A stretch of 64,000 nucleotides of DNA, taken from a virus. Numbering within the stretch: position 1 is the first letter of the stretch; the number at the start of each line of letters is the position of its first letter. Positions 47,650 to 57,648 of the stretch are shown one piece after another. The notes beneath the pieces were generated by a model that was not told the origin of the DNA, ran no database searches, and was given only the letters and a program-made list of their open reading frames with translations. The stretch is from IMG/VR virus record IMGVR_UViG_3300032289_002472, positions 32,001 through 96,000 of that record; one strand, written 5' to 3'. Made by a program: the position numbers and the translations under genes.

Positions 47650-48496
47650 GAATTATACTTCTTTTAATTGTTGTTGTGTGAACCTCAGATTCTTCTTCAG
47701 AAAGCTCGACTGGAGCATCTATATTACGGCTTGATATTGGGAAATCTTGAGGCCGATTAGTGATCGACAAATATATTTCCTCAACCTTCAACTCACAAGC
47801 TTCTTTTGCTGTCATCGGGCCTTCTTCGGTTTCTATTAAATCTTTTTCCTTAAAGGTGTATTTGACGCCATTCTCTCCCTCAACCTGGATTATACCTTTG
47901 GTCTCCCAGTCTCTGTCGACTGAGTGCGGCATCACTTCCATGAAGAGTCTATCCCTTTTGCCGAAAAGATCCATAAGCAACTCTAAGTTGTAGGTTGCCA
48001 TATCTTTTTCGTTTCTCAGGTAGGGTTTTACTATAGGACCCTCAATGCAGCCGCTTCCACAAATTATGCCTTCATTGTATAGGTCTAAGTCTTCCCAAAA
48101 TACTCTGGGCTTTGGTTGACCAAATTTTTTAACTACTCTTCCAGGACCCCAAGAGGCACTAGAAATTGCTAAAAGGTTTTTATAGCCAACCTGATTCTGA
48201 GCCCAAAGAGTTATGTGAAAATAGTCAAATTTCCTCAGATCATCATTAAATGTGTATTTATCGTGTGGAGCCAAATAAGCCTCAAGGCCAGGAATGCCTT
48301 TGACGCTGGTATCTTTGGTTTTTGTTATTAGGTCATATAGACCCAAAATATATCCGTGGTCTGTACAGCTACATGCCTCCATGTCGTTTTCTACGCAATA
48401 TTTAACATACTGCTGAACGTCAGATACTCCATCCATTAAGCTATATGCCGTATGGGTATGAAGAGGCAAAATTGTTTTTGTTGTTGGAACTTTCAT
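47639..48496 (-). CDS. dnaE: DNA polymerase III alpha N-terminal PHP fragment
   Basis: LHTHTAYSLMDG, CTDHG, GLEAY, HITLWAQNQVGYKNL, SGCIEG, FMEVMPH; start MKVPT at 48496. Confidence 0.9.
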   Translation of the reverse strand: MKVPTTKTILPLHTHTAYSLMDGVSDVQQYVKYCVENDMEACSCTDHGYILGLYDLITKTKDTSVKGIPGLEAYLAPHDKYTFNDDLRKFDYFHITLWAQNQVGYKNLLAISSASWGPGRVVKKFGQPKPRVFWEDLDLYNEGIICGSGCIEGPIVKPYLRNEKDMATYNLELLMDLFGKRDRLFMEVMPHSVDRDWETKGIIQVEGENGVKYTFKEKDLIETEEGPMTAKEACELKVEEIYLSITNRPQDFPISSRNIDAPVELSEEESEVHTTTIKRSIIHEG

Positions 48497-48504
48497 AAGT
48501 GTGT

Positions 48505-49089
48505 GATTTCTGCGAACGAATCCTGAATGAAGCCCGCGAGCAGCCGGAGTCTGCTCCGGCAAGCGCGGGATACATTCAGGAAGAGTGAAGGCCTTTGAAT
48601 TCTGAATCTCGAGGATGCCCACGGCAGCCTCGAGAGGAAGAAAGGCGCTCGGGATTAGATCTTTCCCGAAGACATTACGGCGCGTAATGTCTTTGGAAGG
48701 ACGATCTCCCGAAGCCGGTTCAAAGGACCCCTTTCTCAGTGTTGTTGCATTGAGATAAGCTACCCATCGGGTAGCGAAAAGCCAGAAATCTTTTCAAATG
48801 TCTTGCGGAAGATAGAGGGAGGGAGCACGTCGTCACAAGAGAATACTTGTGACGACGCTGCGACTGAGCGATATCGCACCAGCCCCGCCCCTTGAGTTCG
48901 GAAGTCTTCTCCCTGGAGGCCCAGAGCTGCTGGGGCCAGCTGAGGGAGTGCGTAGCCGACTGAAGATGGACCCAGCAGCTCTGGGCCTCCAGGGAGAAGC
49001 CTGAAGAACTCAAAAGAGCAGCGGGGTTCCATTCTCCATGACGTAGCATCCGAAAATGAGCAACATCGTTGCTCTAAAGCCAAGACATT
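48505..49089. other. GC-rich, extensively base-paired intergenic island (candidate origin or structured RNA/ssDNA)
   Basis: Perfect 29-bp inverted repeat 48906-48934/48971-48999; closing helices 48505-48512/48783-48790 and 48797-48805/49081-49089; at least eight further hairpins. Confidence 0.75.
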
Positions 49090-49091
49090 AT

Positions 49092-49349
49092 CTAAAACAC
49101 AGGAAGATCTGTTGGATCAAATTTAATACCTTTGTATAAATTGTTTCCAATCTTCTCTGCCATTCCTTCGTTACATAAGCGCTGTATAAATCCAAACAGC
49201 ACTTCGCTATCAATTTCTGTATCAAGCTTTTTCTTTAGCATCCCCGACAGGTCGGCGATGCTAATTCCATTGCTTGGGTTTGGGATTGAGAGTAGTGATT
49301 GATAAATCACATCCTCAAAATCATCGGGATATTTATGGGTGATAGTCAT
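49092..49349 (-). CDS. Small winged-helix protein
   Basis: GISIADLS...IQRLCNEGMAEKIGNNLYK wHTH pattern. Confidence 0.55.
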   Translation of the reverse strand: MTITHKYPDDFEDVIYQSLLSIPNPSNGISIADLSGMLKKKLDTEIDSEVLFGFIQRLCNEGMAEKIGNNLYKGIKFDPTDLPVF

Positions 49350-50382
49350 TTAGATCTCCAAATTTTTCTGTTATTTGTTTCCATATTTCTCCTGAAGATG
49401 CTTCTCCTGGATCGTCAAATCCATGAAGTTTCATATAATTAAAGTAAACCCCATCGAAAGATTTTTCAAGCATCTTGAACCAATCTTCTTTTTCGTCAAC
49501 TTCTCCATCAAGAAGCATCAACACATGCGACCAATTTGAACATAAAATTCTTATTTGGTCTTTCGTTAATCTCTTTCCGAAGGTTGCAACTGAGTTTTTA
49601 CCTACCTTTATGCAATCAATTGGTCCTTCAACGACTACAACAAATTTTTTGTTTTTAATTGCTGAATCGAAGTTTAATAGAGACCGCGAGCGTTGCATTC
49701 CTGGACATGTATAATACTTAGGGACTTCATAGTCTTGATATTTTATATCATTAGTGGAGGTTGTAATTTTGGGTACATTCCACCAACCAAAGTCATCCCC
49801 TTTCCATACATATCTATTTTTTTTAGTATTCAGCTCAATTTGACGAGCTTGCCATCCAGTCAATTTATTGCTCATAAAGACTGGAAAAATTAATCTCCCA
49901 GAGGTTGTTCCCATTTTTGATGAAAAATGAAAATAACCATTATGGCAGTATTTTATTCCAAAGTTATCTGCTTGATCTGGAGATATGTCTCTTAGCTCTA
50001 AGTATTCAACAGCGGGATGATCTAAGGCCAAAGAAGATATTTTTTTAAGTATCCCAGGGCTTGGTACTCCATCCTTCCACTCTTTTCGGTGCCTTATAAA
50101 GGGCAACCTGCCATTCTGTAAGCTTTGTGTAGTGTCAGATCTGTTAATCTTGAATCCACGAAAAAATTGTGCACCAAGATCAAAAAACTCTACAAATGCG
50201 TTACCAGTATAGCCACAGTCGTGACAAATAAAAGCTCCCGTATCTCCATTGATAGAAAGCTTATATTTTCCACCTTTTCTGTGGAATTTGGGACAATTAA
50301 CAATATATTCTAAATGTCCACTTGATGTTGAAGTTCGAACCTCGGGAAATATCTCAGAAACAGTTTCTATTTCTAAAGACAT
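49333..50382 (-). CDS. dnaG: DNA primase (zinc finger plus TOPRIM)
   Basis: CPKFH...CHDC, RLIFP, GWQAR, VVEGPID, LLDGEVD, DDPG. Confidence 0.88.
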   Translation of the reverse strand: MSLEIETVSEIFPEVRTSTSSGHLEYIVNCPKFHRKGGKYKLSINGDTGAFICHDCGYTGNAFVEFFDLGAQFFRGFKINRSDTTQSLQNGRLPFIRHRKEWKDGVPSPGILKKISSLALDHPAVEYLELRDISPDQADNFGIKYCHNGYFHFSSKMGTTSGRLIFPVFMSNKLTGWQARQIELNTKKNRYVWKGDDFGWWNVPKITTSTNDIKYQDYEVPKYYTCPGMQRSRSLLNFDSAIKNKKFVVVVEGPIDCIKVGKNSVATFGKRLTKDQIRILCSNWSHVLMLLDGEVDEKEDWFKMLEKSFDGVYFNYMKLHGFDDPGEASSGEIWKQITEKFGDLNDYHP

Positions 50383-50383
50383 T

Positions 50384-51772
50384 TTAATTTTCAGTATTTC
50401 TTTGATTTATTGGTGTGAAGTTAGCTAGCTCGGGAGTTGCATGATCTAGGTCTGGAGGTACGTCCTCAAAGGTTTGTTTATCAAGCCTAGCTTGAATCTG
50501 AGTTTCAAAAACAGCTCCATCTCTCATCTTTGTGGCCTTTACAGTCAGCCTACCGTTTTCACGGTCCTGGTCTGTTGCGCCTATCCCTAAGAATGCAGAA
50601 CATCTCCAAGCCTTGCTAAAACCTTCTGCAGCGTTCGACATTCTGATCTGTCTTTTGTTGTCGCCGCTAGAGTTAGCCTGAGTTGTAGCCCAGAGAGCAA
50701 TATTGTATTTTTTTGCCAAGTCAGAGCATCCACGAGAATAATTTTGTAGTTGATGCCTTAACTCTCTAGCAACAAATCCATTATTTCTATCACTAGGATC
50801 TGTTTCAAGTGCATCTAGCCAGTCCAAGAATAACATGTCTGGTAATACGCCATTTTTCTGTGCTTCTGCTAATCTCCTGTCTATATTTTTAAGGGAACAG
50901 GGACGATCAGCAAAATCCCAAACGTCAAAGTTAGATTTTGTTTGATATGGAATCTTGGCAAGTGCTTCTTCAATTTCTCGATTAACTGCTGTCATGTCCC
51001 CATTGTCCCCAAACCGCACCCTATTATAATCTATCTGTGCTACCTTTGAATAAACCCTTTCAGATATTTTCTTTCCAGGAATTTCCAATGTCACAAGCAC
51101 CGCCCTATTGTAAGTGGCTGCACCCCAGCAAAAATTAGTAGCTAGAGTAGTTTTTCCAAGCCCAGATATTCCGCAAATTACACCAAACTCTCCCTTACCC
51201 AATCCACCATTCATTCTAGAATCAATTGCACTAATACCGCATGGAACAACCTGTACAGGTTTGCTGGTCAACTGTAAATCGATCAGAGGTTTAAATATAA
51301 TGGGGCCATCATCTTCTGGTCGGGTAGTTTCAATTACTTGACTAACTTTGCTGGCAAATTCTTGAACATTTCCACCACGATAATTTTTAATTAATTTTTT
51401 TATTTTTATTTCAGAAAGATATATGGGCAATATATTTTCGAAGTATGATGGATTTAGATCTATTCCATACATCTGATCTACTTCAATGCACAATGCCTGT
51501 TTTTCTTCTTGGTAGATCGCTCCAGCATTTAACATGGATTTCAGCTGTAAGGCCAAGATACTCATAGGTACCCCATGGTCTTCCCCAAAGTCGTGAACCT
51601 TGAGAACCTCAAACCCAGCCTGTAAAACCGCCTTATGAATTGGCGAGTCTACGTCGCTTTGGGACACCTTCCCTGATCGAAGATGTTGAAGTAGGCTCGG
51701 GCAGCGAATCGTGTGAGCCACTATCGATCTTTGAAAGTCTTTGTGGAAATAATCTTTGGTATCTTGAGACAT
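50384..51772 (-). CDS. dnaB: Replicative DnaB-like helicase
   Basis: GISGLGKT, TLE, FLDWLD, WATTQAN, KMRDG. Confidence 0.88.
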   Translation of the reverse strand: MSQDTKDYFHKDFQRSIVAHTIRCPSLLQHLRSGKVSQSDVDSPIHKAVLQAGFEVLKVHDFGEDHGVPMSILALQLKSMLNAGAIYQEEKQALCIEVDQMYGIDLNPSYFENILPIYLSEIKIKKLIKNYRGGNVQEFASKVSQVIETTRPEDDGPIIFKPLIDLQLTSKPVQVVPCGISAIDSRMNGGLGKGEFGVICGISGLGKTTLATNFCWGAATYNRAVLVTLEIPGKKISERVYSKVAQIDYNRVRFGDNGDMTAVNREIEEALAKIPYQTKSNFDVWDFADRPCSLKNIDRRLAEAQKNGVLPDMLFLDWLDALETDPSDRNNGFVARELRHQLQNYSRGCSDLAKKYNIALWATTQANSSGDNKRQIRMSNAAEGFSKAWRCSAFLGIGATDQDRENGRLTVKATKMRDGAVFETQIQARLDKQTFEDVPPDLDHATPELANFTPINQRNTEN

Positions 51773-52280
51773 AATTTTCTTTTATATATTTTTCAATAGA
51801 TGGATTACTTTTTATCTCTGCATACGCCAACTTGCCGTATTTTTGATAAATTTCTGATAACACTTTCTCTTCACAAAGCAGAACTCTAATATATGCTTTG
51901 ATCGGTAAAAAATCTAACAGCAAAACTTCATCCAATGAGTTTTCTTTATTTTTTGCGTATATCCTTAAACTTTCGTGCACAAGCCTAACTTGATGCATAA
52001 ATTCTTTTTCGCCAACAGTTTGTCCACTATACAAATATTTTTCATATATTTGTCTAGCTCGCGCCGAACAGAGTTGATGAGGAAATGGGGTATTACCCCA
52101 ACCCTCAAATAAAGACTCTAAATAAATAATTGGGCAAGCCTTAGTTGACTCTAAAAGTTTAGATAATTTATACCATTCTTCGTCAAACTTGGGCCCACAA
52201 TAATAACCTGGAGTGCTTTTTTTTCTAAATTTTTCGTAAATCTTTTGAATGTTTCTTGGAGCGTATTCTGTTGAATTCAC
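51633..52280 (-). CDS. Hypothetical protein in the replication block
   Basis: ORF between the two helicases. Confidence 0.6.
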   Translation of the reverse strand: MNSTEYAPRNIQKIYEKFRKKSTPGYYCGPKFDEEWYKLSKLLESTKACPIIYLESLFEGWGNTPFPHQLCSARARQIYEKYLYSGQTVGEKEFMHQVRLVHESLRIYAKNKENSLDEVLLLDFLPIKAYIRVLLCEEKVLSEIYQKYGKLAYAEIKSNPSIEKYIKENYVSRYQRLFPQRLSKIDSGSHDSLPEPTSTSSIREGVPKRRRLANS

Positions 52281-52284
52281 TTTA

Positions 52285-53724
52285 TTATTTTTCTACGAAC
52301 TTAATGTTGGATGGCGCACAATCTTTAACAACGGTATAACCTTTATTTTTGTAATGTTTAATTCTGTTATTTGCTTTTCTGGACATTTTTTCATTCCAGC
52401 CATCGTTGAAGTCAATTACCACGCCAAAATTTTTACCCTCAGATAATCGTCTATTTCTGCCAGCTTTCTGAAGGACAGATACATCTGACTGCATCCAGTT
52501 GGCATTGATCATAATAAACAGATTGCTAGGGTCCACCCCTTCAGCAAGACAGTCGGTAGAAATAATTCTTTTAATCGATCCGTCGTTGAAGCCCTTTAAG
52601 ATTCTATCTTTTTCAGACTTAGTTAACTTACCGTGAAATATCTCAAAGCCTTCTGGCAAGAAGTTTGATATCAACTCTTCTAAGTGTGCAAGCGTTCTAA
52701 CATAAATTATAAGTTGTTGATCGGCTGGGGACATTTCAACGCACTCACGAATTAGCTTGTTCCTGTGACGATTGTACCAAACGCCATTTTTTTCCATTGT
52801 CAAATCTTGACTTTTTTCTGTGAAGTTTGGTCCGTTTGGAACATCTAACGCATAAACATTTAAAGGGGTTGCTCGATTCATGGCTTCAAGCTGTTGATCT
52901 GTAAGCTCAAAAACAATTGGCCCAAAAATAGCTTCAAGATAATTTTCTATTCCCTTGAAGCCTGTTCTTATTGTTGCTGACAAACCATATCGCACGGCTT
53001 TCTTGAATCTTAAAAGATCCTGAGACCGTACATTGCTTCCAGCCCCGTGTGCTTCATCATAGATGATAAAATCAACTTCACTGGCGTTGAATTTCTTAAG
53101 TGATGCCGAAGTGATCACCAGTGTCCTTCCTTTCTTTTTGTTGTTAGAAAGATAGACCCCAGGATCACATTCCGGTGCAAGCTCTAACAAATCTTTATAC
53201 AGTTTGTTGGCCACAGATTGTCGGTTAGTGACCACCAAACCCTTGCCTTTGTGATATGCTCTGCATAGGGCGGCAATAATTCTAGTCTTTCCAGTATTTG
53301 TTGCCGCCTCAACCATACATCCCCCATCGTGGGAGATCATTAGCTCTACGGCACAGCGTTGGTCTGGATATAGCCCTTCAAAAATACGTTCACTGATTTC
53401 TGGAACGGCATAAAAGTCTTCGGGCTCTACAATTTCAAAGTCTATTGAGTTTAGAGACAGGTAATTCTTAACACGATGAAGCAAGCCATCGTATGTGATA
53501 ATGGCAGAGTCATCTGCATTGAAGGAGTATAGATTTTTTTTGATGACCCTAAGTGGACCATCCATGACTATGTCACGCATCAAACCCGTTCTTCGGTCAA
53601 AGATTCTCTTCTTAATCTTGTCTTTAAACCTATAAAAAAATGACAGTTGTTCTAGCAAGTCAGGATAAATAGGTTCAATTTTTAGCAAACCCGAAGAACG
53701 GGTGATGGTGATTTTATGACTCAT
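52285..53724 (-). CDS. SF2 DExH helicase (UvsW-like)
   Basis: ATNTGKT, DEAH, SAT, EGVD, QKAGRNRR. Confidence 0.9.
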   Translation of the reverse strand: MSHKITITRSSGLLKIEPIYPDLLEQLSFFYRFKDKIKKRIFDRRTGLMRDIVMDGPLRVIKKNLYSFNADDSAIITYDGLLHRVKNYLSLNSIDFEIVEPEDFYAVPEISERIFEGLYPDQRCAVELMISHDGGCMVEAATNTGKTRIIAALCRAYHKGKGLVVTNRQSVANKLYKDLLELAPECDPGVYLSNNKKKGRTLVITSASLKKFNASEVDFIIYDEAHGAGSNVRSQDLLRFKKAVRYGLSATIRTGFKGIENYLEAIFGPIVFELTDQQLEAMNRATPLNVYALDVPNGPNFTEKSQDLTMEKNGVWYNRHRNKLIRECVEMSPADQQLIIYVRTLAHLEELISNFLPEGFEIFHGKLTKSEKDRILKGFNDGSIKRIISTDCLAEGVDPSNLFIMINANWMQSDVSVLQKAGRNRRLSEGKNFGVVIDFNDGWNEKMSRKANNRIKHYKNKGYTVVKDCAPSNIKFVEK

Positions 53725-53916
53725 TGAATATCTTCTTCTAGCAAAAATTGAGGTATATCTTTTTGTGTGGAGCCTGGACTGTCAATTGTTTTTATGCAGT
53801 CGTATAGATCGCCATATTTGTAGGCGCTCATTATATCTTCGTAAAAGCACTGCTGTGCTTCTTGTATCATCTCGTGATTTTCAGGGTCAACAACATACCC
53901 TAGATCTATAACAAGC

Positions 53917-54273
53917 CTAGCGTATTTTTTTCTTTTTTTTCTTTGTGACTTCATATGGCTTTACTAGTCGAATCCATTCGGACAAGAACCATATTCCCCC
54001 CTGAGAGGCTGGGCGGTTGAATGTCTTTTTATTGCATATTTCAACCTCCCACCATTGTCTTCCATTATTCGTCAGGTGTGGTGCCAAGGGTGTTTTCATA
54101 GTGTGCCAGCCAGGTCTATGCTTAAAACCTTTGGTCTTGTGGTCCTCAGCTTTAAGCCATACGTTAACTGGTAACACTTTTTTGTTGTCAATAAAAAGAG
54201 AGCTTATTCCCTTTTGTTTTTTTCTAACCTTAAATAATTTATATGCTTTTTTGGGTGGTTCTATTTTAATCAT
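53917..54273 (-). CDS. Conserved phage hypothetical protein
   Basis: AYKLF..RK, RPGWH, APHL, SQGG.W. Confidence 0.6.
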   Translation of the reverse strand: MIKIEPPKKAYKLFKVRKKQKGISSLFIDNKKVLPVNVWLKAEDHKTKGFKHRPGWHTMKTPLAPHLTNNGRQWWEVEICNKKTFNRPASQGGIWFLSEWIRLVKPYEVTKKKKKKIR

Positions 54274-56054
54274 TAAAATTCTATAGTTTGTCTAAAATAT
54301 GGCATCAAAGATCTTTCATGTGTCACAATTAGAACCTGCAAATTTTGACTGTCAGAAAGCTCAGAAATACTTTCAATAATTGCTTGAAAGCTGTCTACGG
54401 TTTCTTTGTCGAGCCATGTTGTAGGTTCGTCAAGAACGATAAGATTGACTCCCGTCGAAAAAACCTCACAGGAAGCAAATCGAAACGCCAGTGAAAGAGT
54501 GACCTTTTGTCCACAAGATAGATCGCTGGATGGTCTAATCTTGTCCCCAAAGTCACACATGAATTCATTGTCTTCTCCAAGCAAGACTCGGTATGCAGCA
54601 TTAAAGCTTTGCAAATACTGGTTTATGGAAGAACACATCTGATTCATGCGCTGATTTACGTATCTCCCACTCACCCCATCATGCCTAAAGATATCTCTAA
54701 TCCTAGAGATCCTAGATTCATGTATCTTGGTATTGTCAAAAACAGACTTAACTCTTTGAGCAATATCAATGTCTTTGAAGTGCTTCTCTATTTGTGTATT
54801 TAACTGAACGTTATTTTCCTCTAAAGACCTAATCTGTGTCTTTAATAATCTAATGGAAGATTGTGTGGCCTCAATCTGTTTAATTCCTTCTAAATACCTT
54901 TCAGAAGAAAACTGAGGAAATTCAGTCTCGGCCAAAACCCTTTCTATTTCAGATTGCTTCTGTTTGGCTTGCGTAATATATCCCTCATAGACCAGCAAAT
55001 TTGAGCTATATTTCTGTAGTTGTCTTTTATCGTTCCTAAGCTGATCCTGTGTCTCACTTATTTCTTTGTTAATTTTTACAAGTTCTTCTTCTGAAGCACG
55101 TTGGCGAGCCAACATATTTTCAATTGAATCCTCATTAAGCTTAGAGTCACAAATTGGACAGGAGCTTTTGCAGTCTTTTGCTGAATCTAACAATTTAATA
55201 ATCTTCTGAAAACTTCCAGACAAAGAATTTAATGTATTTAGTTCTTTAGATAATTTATCAATGCTTTCTTGGTCGACCTTGGGCTTTTCAAGATCTCTAA
55301 TTGCATCGGAATATCTAATAAGGTCAGTTACGGTAGAATTTAATGAAGAAATTAATCCCTCTTTCTCAAGAGCCAATTCATAGTTCTTTTTAATTTTTTC
55401 GGGAACGATGTTTTGGGTTTCTTCTTCCGTTAAAGACAATTCTTCTAAAATATTTTTTAGGTCTGCATTATTCTTTTCAATAATTTTTTCTAAGTTTTCT
55501 ATGGCACTTCTAGATTGCTGCTCATCTATAATTGCTGGATAGGAAATATTCGACTTCCATTGTCCTAGTGTCAATTCGAGCTTTGCAGCCTTCTCAAGGC
55601 CAAAAAACTTTTGAAGCATCTTGTTTCGCTCAGAGGGCCTACCAAAAAGAATCCCAAGTATGTCGGTTTGACTAACAAAAACCATGTTTGGCAAAAATGC
55701 TTTGTCACAACCCAACATGTCCAAAATCTTAGGATTTACAGAATCTGCACCATCAACTGTCGAGCCATCATACTCAAGACTGCAATCGTTTAAATTCAGG
55801 GATCTTTTGATTATAAAATTCTTGGAGTTGATAATTCCCTCAACATGTATTTCTCCAGATTTTTCTCCAAACGTTATGTATTCTTTTTTCTTCTTTTTGC
55901 CAAACTCTCCGCTTATCGCTATAGAGATGGCTGAAGCGAAGTTGCTTTTGCCAGAACCATTTCTGCCAACAATTCCTACAATATTTTCCGTCAAGTATTG
56001 ATCAACAAATTTATGTTGAGCAAAATTTTTAAGTAAAACTCTAGTTATTTGCAT
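54273..56054 (-). CDS. sbcC: SbcC/Rad50-like ATPase
   Basis: GRNGSGKS, Q-loop, coiled coil with CPIC zinc hook, LSCGQ, LDEPT, VTH. Confidence 0.92.
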   Translation of the reverse strand: MQITRVLLKNFAQHKFVDQYLTENIVGIVGRNGSGKSNFASAISIAISGEFGKKKKKEYITFGEKSGEIHVEGIINSKNFIIKRSLNLNDCSLEYDGSTVDGADSVNPKILDMLGCDKAFLPNMVFVSQTDILGILFGRPSERNKMLQKFFGLEKAAKLELTLGQWKSNISYPAIIDEQQSRSAIENLEKIIEKNNADLKNILEELSLTEEETQNIVPEKIKKNYELALEKEGLISSLNSTVTDLIRYSDAIRDLEKPKVDQESIDKLSKELNTLNSLSGSFQKIIKLLDSAKDCKSSCPICDSKLNEDSIENMLARQRASEEELVKINKEISETQDQLRNDKRQLQKYSSNLLVYEGYITQAKQKQSEIERVLAETEFPQFSSERYLEGIKQIEATQSSIRLLKTQIRSLEENNVQLNTQIEKHFKDIDIAQRVKSVFDNTKIHESRISRIRDIFRHDGVSGRYVNQRMNQMCSSINQYLQSFNAAYRVLLGEDNEFMCDFGDKIRPSSDLSCGQKVTLSLAFRFASCEVFSTGVNLIVLDEPTTWLDKETVDSFQAIIESISELSDSQNLQVLIVTHERSLMPYFRQTIEF

Positions 56055-57135
56055 TAATTTGGCTTTCTAAATCTTTTCTCAAAACCTCTTCAACGTTTTC
56101 GGTATTTGAGTTGTTCCAAATGTCATTAATCAGATCTACGTCTCTGTCTTCCAAGAATTTTTCTTTCTTAACCAAAGACATGAAATCTGTGTCTTCATCA
56201 ACTTCTTGAGTTGAATCATCTTTTGTTGCTTTTACTTTTTCGCGATACAGATGAAAACAAAGATTTGTGAATTCTTCTTTTAATTTTTCTAGATCTTTAT
56301 TCAGGACCTCATGATCCTTAGATAAATATCTAAAAATGTAAAATCCTTCTGGATCTTTTAGTATAGTTTTTCTTAGGTCACTGCTTTCAGAAAATTTTAT
56401 TACCTGAGTCTTTTGTGTCGGCTCAAATGGTATACTTTTGATTGAAGGATTCTCGTCTTCATTGAAATCAATTTCTAAATATTTAAATTCAGAGTATGGG
56501 TCACAAAGTCTCAAAAAGTCTATGTTTCCTGGGTAAGCAACAACGTTGTTCTTCGAAACTTTCATGACCTTATGTATATGTAAATCTCCAAGAGCAACAT
56601 ATCTTGCCTTTTTGGAAACCAATCCTAAAGACTCTTCGTCAATCTCTGGACGCATAATTGAAGACATGAAACCAGCGCAGGATTGATGCATCATTAAAAT
56701 GTCTGACTCTGGAATCTTTTCTATAACATCTTTTAGGTCTCTACGCTTTACGTGATCCAAGTAGTTTACTGTAATATTTTTTACTTTAATAGACCCGTAA
56801 AGTTGATTGGATTCATAATGATACCTTTTTGCAATAAATGGGCTTAAGTCAACCCACTGACGGGCTGAATCATATAGCTTGTCGTGATTTCCTACGCTGA
56901 CAATTGGTATACATCCTTGAGAGTTTACTATTTCTGTAAACCTGAGCCACAAGGAAATGTCATCGGGAGAAGGAAACGGAGAATCGAAAACATCTCCAGC
57001 AATTAAACATATATCGTATTTTTTTAGTTCAGAAGCTAGCTTCAATAAAGTTTCTTTTTGATTAGCTTTTCTCAAGCTTAATCCATACTGATTGCTGCCG
57101 ATATGTAAATCTGCAACGTGAGATATTTTAGGCAT
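56041..57135 (-). CDS. sbcD: SbcD/Mre11-like nuclease
   Basis: ADLHIG, AGDVFD, GNHD, MHQ, LGDLH, YPG; start MPKIS at 57135. Confidence 0.9.
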   Translation of the reverse strand: MPKISHVADLHIGSNQYGLSLRKANQKETLLKLASELKKYDICLIAGDVFDSPFPSPDDISLWLRFTEIVNSQGCIPIVSVGNHDKLYDSARQWVDLSPFIAKRYHYESNQLYGSIKVKNITVNYLDHVKRRDLKDVIEKIPESDILMMHQSCAGFMSSIMRPEIDEESLGLVSKKARYVALGDLHIHKVMKVSKNNVVAYPGNIDFLRLCDPYSEFKYLEIDFNEDENPSIKSIPFEPTQKTQVIKFSESSDLRKTILKDPEGFYIFRYLSKDHEVLNKDLEKLKEEFTNLCFHLYREKVKATKDDSTQEVDEDTDFMSLVKKEKFLEDRDVDLINDIWNNSNTENVEEVLRKDLESQINANN

Positions 57136-57138
57136 AGT

Positions 57139-57172
57139 AAAAAATCCGACCACAATGCGCTGTGGTCGGTTT
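57139..57172 (-). terminator. Intrinsic terminator after the RT unit
   Basis: ccgaccaca / tgtggtcgg stem plus ATTTTT on the minus strand. Confidence 0.65.
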
Positions 57173-57180
57173 GTTTGATT

Positions 57181-57648
57181 TTAGGCGTTTTCCATGTCAG
57201 GAAACATTGGTAATTCCTCGTGGTCCGAGGAGTGTGTAAGGCTTTCGGAGGAAACGGCGTCCACCTTAAAAACCTGATCCAGTTCAATGTCCCTGTCAAT
57301 AATTCTGACGTTTATGGGCTCAGTTTTGCCATCTGTGCGCCATAAACCTGTAATAGTCCCGCTAGCAATTTCTAGTGTCAATTCCGAACTAATGCCGTTT
57401 ATAGTTGATGGTATAACAGAAATAATATGAGACTTTGGAAGCTCAACTATTTCTCCAGGAACTATTTGCGACGGACCCCTAGACAAAACCACAACATCCA
57501 TAACTTGACAGACAAAATGATCCGCTTTTTTGGATTTCTTGTCTAGTACCCTTACGGAACACGTTGTGCTTTGTTTTGGTTGGTTTCTTGGAATTCTCAT
57601 CACCAGAGTATCACCAGGCACTATTTTTATCATGTTTGTACTACTCAT
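57181..57648 (-). CDS. Hypothetical beta-rich protein directly downstream of the RT
   Basis: Overlaps the RT stop codon; SH3-like beta pattern; acidic tail. Confidence 0.6.
   Translation of the reverse strand: MSSTNMIKIVPGDTLVMRIPRNQPKQSTTCSVRVLDKKSKKADHFVCQVMDVVVLSRGPSQIVPGEIVELPKSHIISVIPSTINGISSELTLEIASGTITGLWRTDGKTEPINVRIIDRDIELDQVFKVDAVSSESLTHSSDHEELPMFPDMENA

Noticed and set aside
48497-49083. ORFs 48720-49049, 48760-49083 and the PHP N-terminal extension to 48622
   Set aside because: Atypical composition; they are open only because the hairpin island is GC-rich.
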